Below, in pieces: positions 29,201 through 43,274 of a stretch of 64,000 bases of DNA. Numbering within the stretch: the stretch's first letter is position 1; each line of letters begins with the position of its first letter. The DNA lies in contig JAAOMT010000678.1 in NCBI GenBank assembly GCA_016748015.1, forward strand, positions 352,389 through 416,388, given 5' to 3'. A program made the translations under genes and the position numbers. Origin of the DNA: Geosiphon pyriformis uo1 (Eukaryota > Fungi > Glomeromycota). Below the pieces are notes generated by a model, which worked only from the letters and a program-made list of their open reading frames with translations, ran no database searches and was not told the DNA's origin.

Positions 29201-32200
29201 AAAGTAAGCAGCCATCAATTTGGACTTAAAAAGACAAAAAAAAAAAAAAAAAGAAAAAAGAAGAATCAGTGCCAGCCATTACTGCCACTTATAGTCCATA
29301 CACCTATACTTTACCACAATCATTTAATTATTGCTGACCAAAACTCGTATGCATCAATTGTGGTAAGAAATTGTCATTAATGGGTGTGTGCTGTGATGAC
29401 AATAAAAAATACTCTATAGCAACCAAATTTTACTGCTGCCTATGTGTAATAAAATGCTTTGGATGACCAAAATAACAAGAAAAATGGGACAATGAATCTT
29501 GTCTCACTTGTGAAAAAACTTTATTAAATAAAAGAATGTGAAACAACATTCCTAAACGAGGAGGAATCTGTAACAAATTATGCCAATACACAATTCTAAT
29601 CAATGATTAGGTAAGAAAAGAGACTTCCATAAAAACTGCTTGGAAAAAAGCAAAAAAAATAAGAATGATCAAAAATAACTCACCAGAACTCATAAAACTT
29701 GACTAAGGCCCAAACCCAGATATTATTATAGAGCTGATAAACCCAGAACAATTCTATGAGCACTACCAAGAATTAGCACTCACTCAAGAAAAACAAAAGC
29801 AACAGTTAAAAGAACTAAACACACAATTATGTGACCATTGTTTGATTCTCTGTGACTTCCAATATTGTAATGAGTGTGACCTTATTTACAATCCACCATC
29901 ATGCATAATCTACACAATCCTGGAAGAAAAAAAACCAATCAGCAGCTGTGCATTAGAATCAGAATCAACTTTTAACTCCGATTCAAATTCTGACAATAAT
30001 GACAATGAAAACAACAAATCTAGCTCTATGTAAATTAGCAACAACAATGACAACAACAATTCAGACTTAAATTTAAACCCCAAACAATATATCGCACTCT
30101 CTGATCTCACCAAGAAGCAGACTCTGAAATGGTTTAGTAATAATAACAAAGACATTATGTCTAAATGTGCACATGATACAGATGCAGAGTTTGATTTGAG
30201 ATATCCAAGAAAAGATGTCATCAAATTAGAACCATATTCACACATCTGCATTGATCTCAAAGTAGCACTAAAAATCCCAGCAACAACAATAGTTCAATTA
30301 GCATCTAGAAATAGCTTAGCAAAAAAAGAAATTAACATTAGAGGAAGAATAATTGATGCAGAATATATAAAAAATATTATTGCTATGTTACAAAATGATT
30401 TAGAAAAGACCTATATCATAGAGCCAAATAAAAAAATAGCACAGACAATATTCCTGTCTCTGGTTCAGATAGCTCAATTAATGTTAGTGAGAAACAAAGA
30501 AGAATTAGAAATTACAGCTAGAGGGATACAGGGTTTCAGATCTACAAGTAGAATAAATATATTAATTAATATAACAAAGAAAAAAATTGTTGACAAGAGA
30601 GAAATTACCTCCACCCATTAATTAATTTTTATTTCACTATATAACTAGTACATGGTAACTATAAAGAAAAAAGTAAAGGATCAGATTCAGATTTTTGAGG
30701 CAGAAGCAACACTTTATGAATCAGAAAAAATTGGGTTAGTTAATCTATACATACCAGCCAAGAACCACAGTCATATCAAAATTCCTATTTACAACAACAT
30801 GAAAAACATCATTAAGATATCAGAAAGAACTACTATTGGATATTTAATTACTAAAATTGAAGACCAATGGCCAAACACCAGTTCAGACTTTCTACAACTG
30901 TGCAGATATGTAGATATTACATCTCAAACAATATACAGATAAGAAAAATATTATCTGCTTTAACCAGAACAATTGAAATAAATAAACTTGTGAAATCTAG
31001 ATTCATTACAACATATGCAGCTTAGGATGTTACTCAACAATTTCAATGACATCTTTGCCAGTAAAAATAAATTTGGTAGAATTGACATAATTCAGCATTA
31101 GATCAAGACTGAAGATGCAATGTCAATCAAACAAAGAGCATACAGAGTACCATTAGCCAGTCATGAGATTATTCATTAAGAAATCAATTGGATGCTTGAC
31201 AATAGGCTAATTTAGCCATCAATAAGTCTATGGTCATCACCAGTAATACTAATTCATAAAAAGAATGGAAAGATTCACTTTTGTGTGGATTACCAGAAAC
31301 TTAATAAAATAACCAAGGAAGATAGCTACCCAACTCCAAAAATCTAAGAACTTTTTGATGCTTTTGAAAGAAAAAAATGGTTCTTAACATTAAACTTAGA
31401 TAGTGGTTACTGGCAAGTGGCCATGAAACCAAAAGACAAGAAGAAAATAACTTTTACAACCTAAAAAGAAAATTCTGAGTTTGAAGTAATGCCATTTGGC
31501 TTGATGAATGTGCCAGCAATATTTCAATGACTTATAAAAATTGTCTATACTAAACTACTATAAAAATCAATAGTTGTATATCTAGATGACACCAACATAT
31601 TCTCCAAAACATTCAATGATTATTTGCATCATCTTAAACAAGTATTTGAAAGACTAAGAAGAGCTGAATTAAAATTAAATACAACCAAGTATTTCTTTAG
31701 AAAAACTGAAATCAAGTTTTTGGGACATGTTGTAAGCAGAAATGATATCAAAACAGATTCAGACAAGATTGAGGTAGTCAAGAACTTTTCAGTACCAACC
31801 AACTTGACAGAACTAAAAACATTCTTGAGATTTGCTGGATATTACTGCCACTTTATCAAAGACTTTTTTAAGATAGTTCAATCACTACACCAACTTTAAA
31901 CAAAAAACACCAAATACAAATAGATAGAAATTCAACAAAAAGCTTTTAATATACTGAGAAGAAAACTTATTCAAGCTCCAGTGTTGATATATCCAGATTA
32001 CAGCAAACCATTTATTATCACTACTGATGCATTAGGCCAAGCATTAAGAACAGTACTATCACAGAAAAAACTGGATGGAAAAGAACATCCAGTAACATAT
32101 GCCAGCCAAAGTTTGAGTTCAGCTGAAAAGAACTATGGGACACCAGCATTAAAACATTTAGCAATTTATTGGGCAGTCAGGAAATAGAAAAAATACTTGA

Positions 32201-32974
32201 GCTAAAAGTTTAATGTATATACTGATCATAAAAGACTGACTTCAATTCAGAAGCAAGAATTTGAAGACAATTGTCATGCCAGATAGAAAATAAAATTTTC
32301 ACCATTTAATTATACAGTACATTACAAAAAAGAAAAAAATAATGGAAATGCTAATAGTTTGTTGAAAATGAAACAAATTTAAGAACATTTTAAACTAAAA
32401 ATATAACAAAATTTACAAACAATTGAAAATAAAAATATAACAAAAAAATGAACACACAAAAATATTAACAACTCCAGCACTATATAAATACTTAATGATT
32501 CAAGAAGAAATTATCTCAAAAAAAACAAAACAACATAAAACAACAATTAAAATATTTTATCAATTATCAAAATATACTTTATTAGAAGAACAGAAGAAAT
32601 CCAGATCAACTAACCAGAGTAATTACAGAACCAGAAAAAGAAACAATATTATTCAACATGCACTCAGATTCAACAGCAGGACATTTTCATAAAGAAGTAA
32701 CCATAGAAAAAACCAGAAAAAGATACTATTGGCCAAACATTATTCAATATATTCAAAATTGTAATGCTTGTTAGAGAAAAGGAGGAACAAAACTCAGTGA
32801 GCCATTAAGACCAATCAAAATGAGACAATCATTCGATTATATTAGAATTGACTTAGTCAGATCATTAATTATAACCAACAAAGGCAACAGATATATCGCA
32901 GTAATTATAGACTATCTTATAAAATGGCCAGAAGCAAAAGCCATTCAAAGAGCAGATGCAGAATCTGTTGCCAA

Positions 32975-33965
32975 TGTTACCAGTAGAATTTTAGCTATTA
33001 ATTAGCATGAAATTACCCTTATAATTCTTATAATTAATTAGTATAGTAATATCATTTCAAATTATCATTTATTATTTAATCAATTATCACATATCACGAT
33101 TCAATTAAATAATACAATTAGTATGACAGAAAGTAGAATGATCAAATTACACAATACTCTGAACTTTGTAACATTCTAAAATTCACCGAAATTTACAGAA
33201 ATTCGCCGAAATTTATAGAAATTCGTCGAAATTATGAATAGTTCACCCAAATTAATCAATAGTTCAGCAAAATAACTTGTAGTTCATTAAAATATATCTT
33301 TAGTTCGCCAAAATTTGAGCAAAAAGAAAAAGTGCAAGTCCATAGACTAGTACTACAACAAATTGTATAAAAGAAGAGCTTTTTTTTTCAAGAAAATGTA
33401 TCTTACTTTAGATTTATCACTTAGAACCATTCCTATACACAAAAAAAAGAAATAAATATCAAATAATTCGAAAAACCAAATTCTTTAATTATTGCACTTG
33501 GAAAATTTTCAAAACCCAACTAATGTTTTGAAATTGATTAGCTACCAATTTCAATAAACTGTTAGTGACTCCAGGCCTGAATAGAAAACGTTTTTCTTGA
33601 TAAAATCCTATTTTTTTTACATTTTTTTTATTTTTCTTTTCTTTTTTTATTACAATCATTAGGGTAGCCTACAGACAAAATTCCTGTAGAAGAGTTGACT
33701 TTCACAGCAAAGTAACTACACATTTTTAGTGAGCTTCCAGACGAGCAATTTCTGGGAAAAAGTTGACATTTACTACAACACAACTACATAAAGTAACTGG
33801 CAAGGAATTGGCCATTCCACTTATAAGCCCAGCAGTTCAAATTATAGGAGATAATTTGAAGATAAATTCAGTTATTGGAGATTCAACTACTTCTAAAAAA
33901 TGTGAATTTGTAATCAACAGACAGTTACAACATTCAAGAAAAGAGACCAAAAACCTCTAGTAACA
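32975..33965 (+). mobile_element. Solo LTR, family B (991 bp), inserted in the A3 integrase
   Basis: TGTTAC...GTAACA ends. Flanks CCAA and CTGA both derive from an ancestral CCGA. The integrase sequence ESVA|xFIH*DL resumes after it. Confidence 0.92.
33178..33315 (+). repeat. ~19-21-bp tandem repeats with a TTCGCCGAAAT core in U3 of LTR-B
   Basis: Units include aattcaccgaaat, aattcgccgaaat, aattcgtcgaaat, agttcacccaaat and agttcgccaaaat, upstream of TGTATAAAAG. Confidence 0.75.
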
Positions 33966-34862
33966 CTGAATTCATTCATTAAGATTTGATCTGTTAACAT
34001 GGATGTCCAAAAAACTATTATCAAATCAAGGAACTCACTTTGTGAATAGAACATTGACAGAATTAAGTCAAAGATTTGGAATAAAAAGATCATTATTATC
34101 ATCATACCATCCACAAACAAATGGGTTAGTAAAAAGATTTGGTAAAATATTGTTGTAAAGCAATTGCCAAAATCAGTTAAGAAAACCAGAACAAATGAGA
34201 TTTGTTCATACTATTAGTATTATTTGCTTACTGAACAATAAAGCAAAACACTACACAAGCAACACCATTTAAATTAGTATATGGTAAAACAGCAACATTA
34301 CCAGTTAATATAAAAATCAAAACATATTCAACAGAACCAATAACAGAAGAGAACTTTCAAAGAACATTGTTGAGAAGAACATATAACTTAATAGAGACAC
34401 TAGAAAACAAAAGGCAAAAAGCAGCTGATAACATTTAAAAATCACAAGAAAAACAAAAAGAAAGACATGATAACCAACTACCAGATAAACCAGTTGAATT
34501 CAAAATTAGAGACAAAGTACTTTTATATTGTACCAAAGTGGAGAAACAATAGAGTGGAAAATTTAACCCCAAATGAGACAAACCATTTTACATAGAAAAA
34601 ATTCTAGAAAATGGAGTTTATAAATTAAGATTGAACAACAAAATTTTAACCAAAGCAGCACATAGTAATTGACTAAAATCATATTACCATATAGTATCAC
34701 TATCCACCAATATTTCACAATTAGGAGTACAGAGAATACTAGTTCAACCAGATGAGATTTCATAAGATCTAAAACCAATCATTATCATTGACACCAATAC
34801 GTCAAATTGAATAACTAAAAGAATATAAAGACATAATAGATATAACAAAAGACAACAGAAAA

Positions 34863-35492
34863 ATGGAAATTATCAACAATATCCATATACTAACACAACA
34901 ATTCTTTCAACTGATCCAACAACAGAAGATAGAAATTACAATTAATCAACAAACCATCAGATACAAAAACACAAAAAAGAAACCACAAGATAAAATACAA
35001 AGAAAAACAGAAAACACTATTGAAAAAATAATTACAAAGGTGAAAGTAACAATAGAAGCACAGCAAAAAGTCATTCAATATTTAGAGTTGATAATAAAAA
35101 CATGGAATTAGTGAACACAACAATTTCCAAAAAACTTTTGTTACTTTCACTTGAGACAATACATAAATATTCAGAACTTATATATAGATAAAACAAAGTA
35201 ATTATTTGACACAGAAATATTACAACAACTTGAACAATTTGTGAGAAAGAACAATATAATCACACAAGCATGAGCCATCTATTGATTACAAATTGGATTT
35301 CAAGACTGGCCAAAAATTTTACTTAATCTAGTAATAGACACCATTACTGTCAACCAAATGGGAAAAATAACCAATGCCCAATTTGAAAAATTACAGAACA
35401 AAATAACTCAAGTAATTTTCAAAAAAAAAGTCCAAAAAATACTCAAAGACAGAGAATTAGAATTAGGAGATCTTGATAGAGTTCAATATTAA
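34863..35492 (+). pseudogene. ORF3 of family A (630 nt, 209 codons plus stop, unknown function)
   Basis: ATG in an A-rich context after the IN stop; the TAA overlaps the PPT. Other copies are 630-633 nt, or 623 nt with a deletion. Confidence 0.85.
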
Positions 35493-35506
35493 AAAGGAGG
35501 AAATAA

Positions 35507-36340
35507 TGTTACTCATAGAATATAAGAAGTATATTAACATATAAATTAGCCAATCAGAAGTAGCCATAATAAATATGAAATTCCAGGATTCTTTTCAGAG
35601 AAATTGCAGGATTTCAAGAATTTCAGGATTTTTGTATAAGAAATTGTAGGATTCCAGAAAATCCAGAATTCTTGGTGTAAAGAATTAAGAAATTGAGAAA
35701 TCTCAATTATGTATATATAGCAGTAGCATTAGAAATAAAAAAGACAGATCTCTTAGTTTAGATTTGATTTAAGCAACCTTTTTCTTTACAAATATTAATA
35801 AATAATTATTTATTATCTTAATTCATTTTCCACTATCAACACTTCATGTTGATAGTAATTAATACTTAACCATACTGGACCAATAGCTTTTGATCATGAC
35901 TATTGATGGAATACTAATGCACAAATTGCCTTGGCTTATGCTCTTATTTTTTTTATTTTCTTGCATTATTTTTTTTGTTTTGCTAACTTGATTTAAAAAG
36001 ATTCACACATAGAGATACTAACGTCAGGATATAGCACTGATAAAAAACCCAAAAATAAGGATAGACACTCAGATTTGAGGATAGCTCACCAGGAAATTGC
36101 TGGCCACCATGCCAAAAAAAAATTGATGGAATTGTGATTCTGGGAAGTGACAGACAAACAACTACTTTAACTTGCAGATTGACACTTGAAACACCATTAA
36201 AAAGAAAATCCTATTGGAATCTCTGTCTATTATACAAAAGACTCTATCAAAATCTTCAAAAATCAACATCAGTATATTAATTGAGCACCAAGTTATGGGT
36301 TTGTTATTTGCTTTAAAACTCCAAATAAACACCTATAATA
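35507..36340 (+). repeat. 3' LTR of A3 (834 bp)
   Basis: Follows the PPT; direct repeat of 25409-26282. Confidence 0.92.
35546..35722 (+). promoter_or_regulatory. LTR-A U3 promoter: CCAAT box, GGAATTCC-type tandem array and TATA box
   Basis: TTAGCCAATCAGAAG, then a variable number of 8-9-bp GGATTCCA/GAATTCCA units, then ATGTATATATAGC. The same order recurs in the other LTR-A copies. Confidence 0.7.
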
Positions 36341-38215
36341 CTGTGTTTTCCAACTTTAATATAACTGAAGAATTAAAAACTACTGCTTCTGCAATAGTTT
36401 TACCACTAGTAGTTACATTTAAACCCTTACTTATTATTATATCTGCCCCTTGATTCTGTGATAAAAAGATCACCAATGGCTAATATTCAAAACTAGACTG
36501 GAAAACTATTGGCCCAAGTGTGTCCAATCTTTTAGCCAACTTGTTAATGCATTCCATGAGACTAGCAAGACTATACTCAAGAGCAGCAAATCTATTATTC
36601 AACTCCATAGATAGCAGTGGAATAGGTTCATCTCCAAAGAGAAACCAAAATCAGCTGAGCCATTATATATAGAAAGAGGAGAGAAAGAAGACCCACCAAC
36701 AATCTTGGCCCAAAAGACACCACCAAAAAAAACAAGACAAAAGATTGGGGCAAAATGTTTAGCATAAATTAATGCCAATCTGCTTTTATTATTATTTGAC
36801 AATATCCTGCAGAATGCACTAACAAGAAATAATTTCTTACTTATAGAACAGCTCAAAGAGGTGTGACCCAATTTTTCATACTCTAGTATACTTAGCAGAT
36901 ACCAGATAAGACCAGTGCAAACTAACACCTCTTAGTACAGATGTAGTTCCCATAATAGTGTTCAGTAACTTAGATGAATCAAAACAAACAACAGCACATC
37001 TGGCTCAGGCATATGTAATAGAATGTTGATTAATGACACATGTTTTCCCACTCACAGAACCAATAAAGTTCCAAATGTTATGAGCATTAATACTCATTAG
37101 CAGTGTATAGAGCATTGTCTTGTGTTAATTTCTTGTATCTTATGATTTTTTGCCCAAATTAGCCTTAGCCACTCTCACAGCATCTTTCCTGATTAAGACA
37201 GACCATTTAGCTATAACCAAATCAGCATAATCAGAATAGGTAAACTCTATCACAGCTTTCTGCTATAGTTTTATCAGCTGCATTTTGATCAACACAATAT
37301 CTCTAAACTCAGAAAGCACAATACACACAGCCTTAGCCAATGTACTAACAGGAATCTCTTTTATTACCACAGTCCAATCTAAATGATCAGAGAATTTCTT
37401 AAGATTAGTGTTTACCAAAACATTTGTTACTCTTATCTTTTCTATAGCCTGTGCCAAACTTGATTCAGAAGTGAAGAAAGCACAAATAATTCCAGTAAAT
37501 TTTGAGAGAGTAGAGGTCTCTCCAAAATTATTGATTCCTAAAAATAACTTTCTAATTGCTACAAGTTTTTTCAGAGAAGATTTTCCAATTACTTTGTCTA
37601 GACCAATATCTAAAGTAAAAAGCTTTCTTATAGACACATTAACCAGATTTTTTAGAAGCAGAAAAAGAATTACAAAAGCATCCAAGAAAATGTCACTATC
37701 ATTAATATCATTCAAGAAATCTATTTTCCTCAATGGTGTATTCAAAGTCTTTTTCATTACCAATCTCAGATCTTTTGGTATTTAAACAGAGTCATTTTTA
37801 TTGAACACATTCTTTTCCTTATAATCCACACTGGTTTTTTCTACTAAATACTTCTTTTCCATATTAACACTATCAAATTTGGTGGTATTACCAGCTTTAG
37901 ACTCCCAAGAACTGCTAAATATCTTTTCAGACAGAACAACCTCATAAGCAGCACTATTTTTTAGAACACCACTTTTTCTCTTTTTTTTAGAGGCAATATC
38001 TTTACTAATAGTATCAGCACCAAAGCCTTTAACAAACTTCTTTATTACAGCAATACTACAGCCAATAGTGGTCTTATAATTAAGCAAAAAAAATTTGAAT
38101 TTATTATACTGAATTGTAAAAACTTTTTTAAAAAAAACTTTTTGACTTTTTTTGGGAATTTAAGACAAAAAAAAGAAAAAAGTTTTTAATTTTTTTAAAA
38201 TTTGGTAAAATTGTT
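36341..38215 (-). mobile_element. 5' part of the minus-strand LINE (5' UTR and ORF1 with RRM-like and zinc-knuckle regions); joins 22297-25408 once A3 is removed
   Basis: ORF fragments 37782-38087, 37263-37763 (VVIKEIPVST..VLSEF..IKMQL) and 36599-36928 (decayed knuckle YEKLGHTSLSC). The A3 TSD links both halves. The right end is approximate. Confidence 0.85.
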
Positions 38216-41200
38216 TATGCAACTTTTATGTTTAAATTTAACATAATAAAAACTACAAAATTAATCAACAAAAATATAATAATAAGTATTAATCTTAAAA
38301 GATTAGTAAATAATTATATAAATTAAACAGTAATTAAAAAATCTTAATAAAAATATTAGTAAAAATTATATATATTATATTATTTAAATTATGAATAATT
38401 AAGTTAATCAAAATATAATTTGTAAAGCTATAATAAAAAACATTAATAATTTTAATAATTAAGATTAAACTAATTTTTCAACAGCTATATAGTTTATTTT
38501 TATTAAAAAAAATAGGTTATATAATTAAAAATAATATTAACAAATTATTATAAAATATTAAAAATATATATAAAGCTTTGTTTTATATATTTTTAATAAA
38601 ACCAACTATATATAATTTATAAAAATCTTTAAAATTAATTAATAAAAAAACATATATAATTATTTGTTTTAAGTTTAAAAATAATTTGATGATAATTTTA
38701 TTTGCTATTTTAGTTTTTAAGAAATTTATTTAAAATAAACAAACTTAAAATTATTTTTTTGTCTAATGTATAAAAAATTTGGTTATGTTTAATTTACATA
38801 TAATACTAATATTTTGTTAAAATCTAAAGTTAAGACCAAAAAACATTTTTTAGATTTAGATAAATATAAATTTTTTGTTATTTATATTAAAAAAACAACT
38901 TTAATTACTTAATCAATCTTTTTAATAATTTGTTTTAAAAACAAATAGCTAGTAATAACTTTTTTGGTGTTTTTTTTAATTTATTTTTTTATAATATTTT
39001 TTTAGTATTATTGTTTTTTTTTATTAATTGTTTTTTTTTATTGATTGTTTTTTTATAAAATATTTGTTTAAATATTCTTAAATATTTTTTGAAATTATTA
39101 ATAAATCAGGTTTTTAATATTTTTTGTAAATTAAATTTATTTCTTTTTGTATCTTTTTTTATTATCATGTTATATTATAATTGTAATTTTTTTTAGTTAT
39201 TATAAGTTTAAATATAATTGTAAGTATTTTAAATGTGTTTTTTTTTAGTTAATATTATTAATAGTTTTTTGTTGTTAAATTTTAATAGTTTAAAAGTTTT
39301 TATTGTTAAAATTAGTGGTTTAAAAATCAATATATTAGTAAAAAGTTTAATAAATATAATTTTAATAAGATTAAATTATTTGTGTATTAATTTTGGGGGG
39401 TTTTTTTTTTCTTAATAATTAGTTTTAATTAAAAAATTGTTATATATATAATATTAAGAATATAAATTTTTTTACAAAACAAAATAATATTGTTTATTGG
39501 TATAAAGAAAGTAATAGTCTTATTTTTATTATAATAAAAATTAAATTAAATTATAGTATTAAGTTTTAAATTATAAACAAATTTAAAAAAATTTACATGT
39601 TTATATCTAGTTTAAATTCGAATTTTCTAAATTTAGAATTATTATTATTATAAACAATAATATTATTAAGCATATTTATAAAGTTTTAAAGATATTAAAT
39701 TAACTTTTATTAATTTATTTATTATTTAAAAATAGTTTTTTAGTTTTAATATTAGAATTAAATACTAAACTTTTTTAGTATATATTTAAATTAAACTGCT
39801 ATTATTAACTTAATTATTATTAAAACAATTAATAAAAATATTTTTGTTATTTTGAATAATAACTTTAATAAAAATAAATTAAAGTATAATATTAGTTTTA
39901 AAAAATATTTAAATTTAAATTTGGTTAATTTTTTTTAATAACTTATTTGTTAAAATTACAATTTAAAAAAACTTGTATAGTATTAAAAAATAATTAATTT
40001 TATTTTGGTTTTTTTTTAGTAATATTATGATTATTTATAATGTTTATAATATACAAAAGTTTTTCTTATAAATTACAATATTGTAATAATTTTTGTTAAT
40101 TTAAGTGGTTTTTAAATATATAGTTATTTATTTTATATAAACAAACCAATAAAAATCATTAAAAATTTAAGTTTAAAAGTATTAATAATTCTAAATAGAT
40201 TAAATTTAGAAAAGTTTTTTTGTTTTAAACTATAATTATTTTGAATACTTTTAAAAAATCAAATTTAATTAGTAATTTAAATATTATATAAGATTATTTA
40301 AAAACATTATATATTTTATTGCTAATTATATGTTTTTTAAATCTTAATATAATAAATTTTTATATACAAAAAACTGTTATATATTGTATTTTTATAATTT
40401 AAAGCTATTAGTTTCTAAGATTTTTAAATTATTTGTTTTATATTTAAGTTTTAATCTTAATTATATTATATATAAATAGTTAATTTTGAATTTTTTAAAA
40501 ATTTTTGTAATTTAAATTTTGGTGTATAATAAATTTAGATTTGAAATTGTTAAATTAATACTATTTAAGATTAAAAAAAATTATTATTTTTTAAAGTTTT
40601 ATAAATTTTATAAAATTAAGTTAAATAAAATTAATATAAGAATAAAAAACATATAAAAAATTTTATTAATAATAAATGTCATATAATTTACACCATTTTG
40701 AAATGTTTTTTTTTACAAAATAATCTTGAATTATTTAATTATTTCTAATAATATTAAGTTATTTATTAATTTAATTATAAAAAATTAAACCAAAAAACAT
40801 ATCATGTTTAACAAATATTTATATGTTTTTTTAATTATATTTATGATATTGTTTTTATTAATATTATAATTAAATTTAAATAAAATAAATTTTTATATAG
40901 TAAAGTTATTAATTTGTTTAATATTTTAAATAAGCTTTAGAAATATTGTAATAAATATATTGTTAATTTACTATTAAATTTGTTAAATTTTTGTTTAATA
41001 TTAAAATTTGTTTTTGTTTAATAAAAAAAATTTAAGTATTAATAATCTTAAAATTTTATAATTAAAAAAATATTTTAATTAATTTTTATTTAATTGTTTT
41101 AGTTAAGACTACCAAAAAAATTTTGTTAAAAATTTTATTAAATTGTATTTTAACTGTTTATAATAAGTTTAATATTTTTTAAAAAAACAACTTTTTAGTT

Positions 41201-42526
41201 TTAAAAAACATTTTTATTTTTTACAAATTTTTGCTATAAATTAAGTTATAAAAAATGTCTTAAAAAAATCATAAATTGTAATTGGTTTTATAAAATATAT
41301 ATAAAGCATATAATTTAGTTAATTAATTCTACTTGAAAAATAATTTACAAAAAATTATAATATGTATTAAATTTATAACTAAAACAAATTAAATAAAAAA
41401 TTAGACTGATCTTATGTTTTATTTAACTGTAAGTATTATTAATAATACTATTTAAATTAACAATAATATATTATTATTTAATAAATTTTTAATATTATAG
41501 GTAAATTTTTTAAAATTAATAATATTTTTAATTAATACTAATAAAACTACAGCTATATTTTTTAACTAATAAATTATTAATGTCTCTTTGTTTATTAATA
41601 AATTATTGATTATAATTACTAAAAAAAAAAAATTACATAAATATATTAATATTTTTTTGTTAATAAACAGTTTTTTTAAGTCAAATTTAATCAAAACTTA
41701 TTTTAATATTAAATATTTTGCAAATATAATTTAAAAAAACTGTTTTAGACAAATAATTTTCATATTTAGTTTTTATTATTTTGTAATTAATTGTTAATTA
41801 CAGATCTTAATTTAGTTTTGTTTTTAAAAATATTTGTTAAAAGTAAAATATAATAATTTAAAAAAACTTAAAACTAAAAACTAATTTTCCAAAAAACTTT
41901 TCAAATAAAACTTTATATTATTTTTTTTGGTATGATTTGAGCAGATTTAAGCTAAGAGTAAAATTATGTTATTATTGGTTTTTTAATACTTTAAATATTA
42001 TTAGTTAGTTGTTTAATTACTAATTTTTAGATTATAAATTATAAATTAAGTCTTTAAAAATTTATTACAATTTTTTGTTAAGTTAAAAATCAGATTAATA
42101 AAAAATTTTTTAGTTAAAATGATCAGAATTTTTTTGAATTATAATATTAATTTAGCAAATTTTCTGTTTATAATATTTTATATAATAGATAATATTTTTA
42201 TATTAAATATTTTAAGTACTATACTGTATTATAAAGTAATTAGTTTATAAAAAAAATTTAATGTAACTTTTAATAAACAATTTATTAATAAAAACAGTTA
42301 AATTTTTAATTTAAAAACTTTTTGTTATTAAAAAAAACTAAATTTAAAAAGTTTTATGTTTTATTAATTTAATATTATTGTTAAATTTTTTTAAGTTAAA
42401 GATTCAAACATGTTTGTTTTATTTATTGGTTATAGTTTTAATTGTTAAAATATATATAGTTTGAATTGTTTTTAAGTAATTAATAAATATTTAGTAAAAA
42501 TAAATTTATTTATTATAAGTGTTTTT

Positions 42527-42645
42527 TTTATTTTATTTTATTTTATTTAATGAGTGCAGTCCAACCACTACCTAAATACATAAGATCAAACAGGACCCTA
42601 AATTAAGTGTGGCTCATGCTCTTTCTACACGTGACCAGCCACTCG
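42527..42645 (-). mobile_element. Tail-only LINE or SINE-like retroposon (~119 bp) with an (AAAAT)n tail
   Basis: GC-normal island homologous to 46075-46176 and 44338-44447. TSD AGTGTTTTT at 42518-42526 and 42646-42654. Confidence 0.8.
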
Positions 42646-43274
42646 AGTGTTTTTATAAATAATTTATTGAAAATTTAAATTTACATAAAATAATCAATAA
42701 TATTTTAATATTTTTTAAAAATTTAAATATAAGTATTAATATTCAAATTTTTGGTTTAACTTTATTAATATTGTCAAATTATAAATTATTTTTTTAATAC
42801 TTAAATATATATTAGTATTTAATATTATAAAAATTTATTTTAATAATTAAACTGTTTTAAACACTTGTGTTTTTGAGCTTATTTTGAGATTATTCGACTT
42901 TTGTAATTATTGTTAAAAAAAAAAAAAACAGATTGTTAATTTTATTTATAAAAAAAACATTTTAGTTATTTGGTCTAAAATTAAAAACCACTTTGATATT
43001 ATTATTAATAAATTGCTAATATAGTTTCTTATTTATCTTTGTATTTTTTATTTTAATTTATAAAAAAATTTTCAAACTGATAATAATAATATTTTATTTA
43101 CAATATATATTAAACAGTATATTATATTTAATAAAAAATTAAACCAAGTATTAATAAAAACAGTTTATAAACAATTATCTATTATTATTTAAAAGTATTT
43201 ATATAATAAATATTATCTTAAAATTTTTTGTTTTTATTGTAAAAAAATGAAGTTTTTAAATTATGTTTTTATAT

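Larger units (their letters stand above)
25409..36340 (+). mobile_element. Complete Ty3/Gypsy family A copy A3, inserted in the end of LINE ORF1
   Basis: LTRs 25409-26282 and 35507-36340; TSD CTAT/CTGT; PBS from 26285; PPT AAAAAGGAGGAAA at 35491-35503; dUTPase 30157-30621; RT/RH ~31200-32382; IN 32448-34810; ORF3 34863-35492. Confidence 0.95.

Noticed and set aside
35507-36340. Self-cleaving ribozyme in the LTRs or the LINE tail
   Set aside because: I saw no hammerhead core or HDV-like fold by eye; a covariance-model search on consensus sequences would be needed to exclude one.
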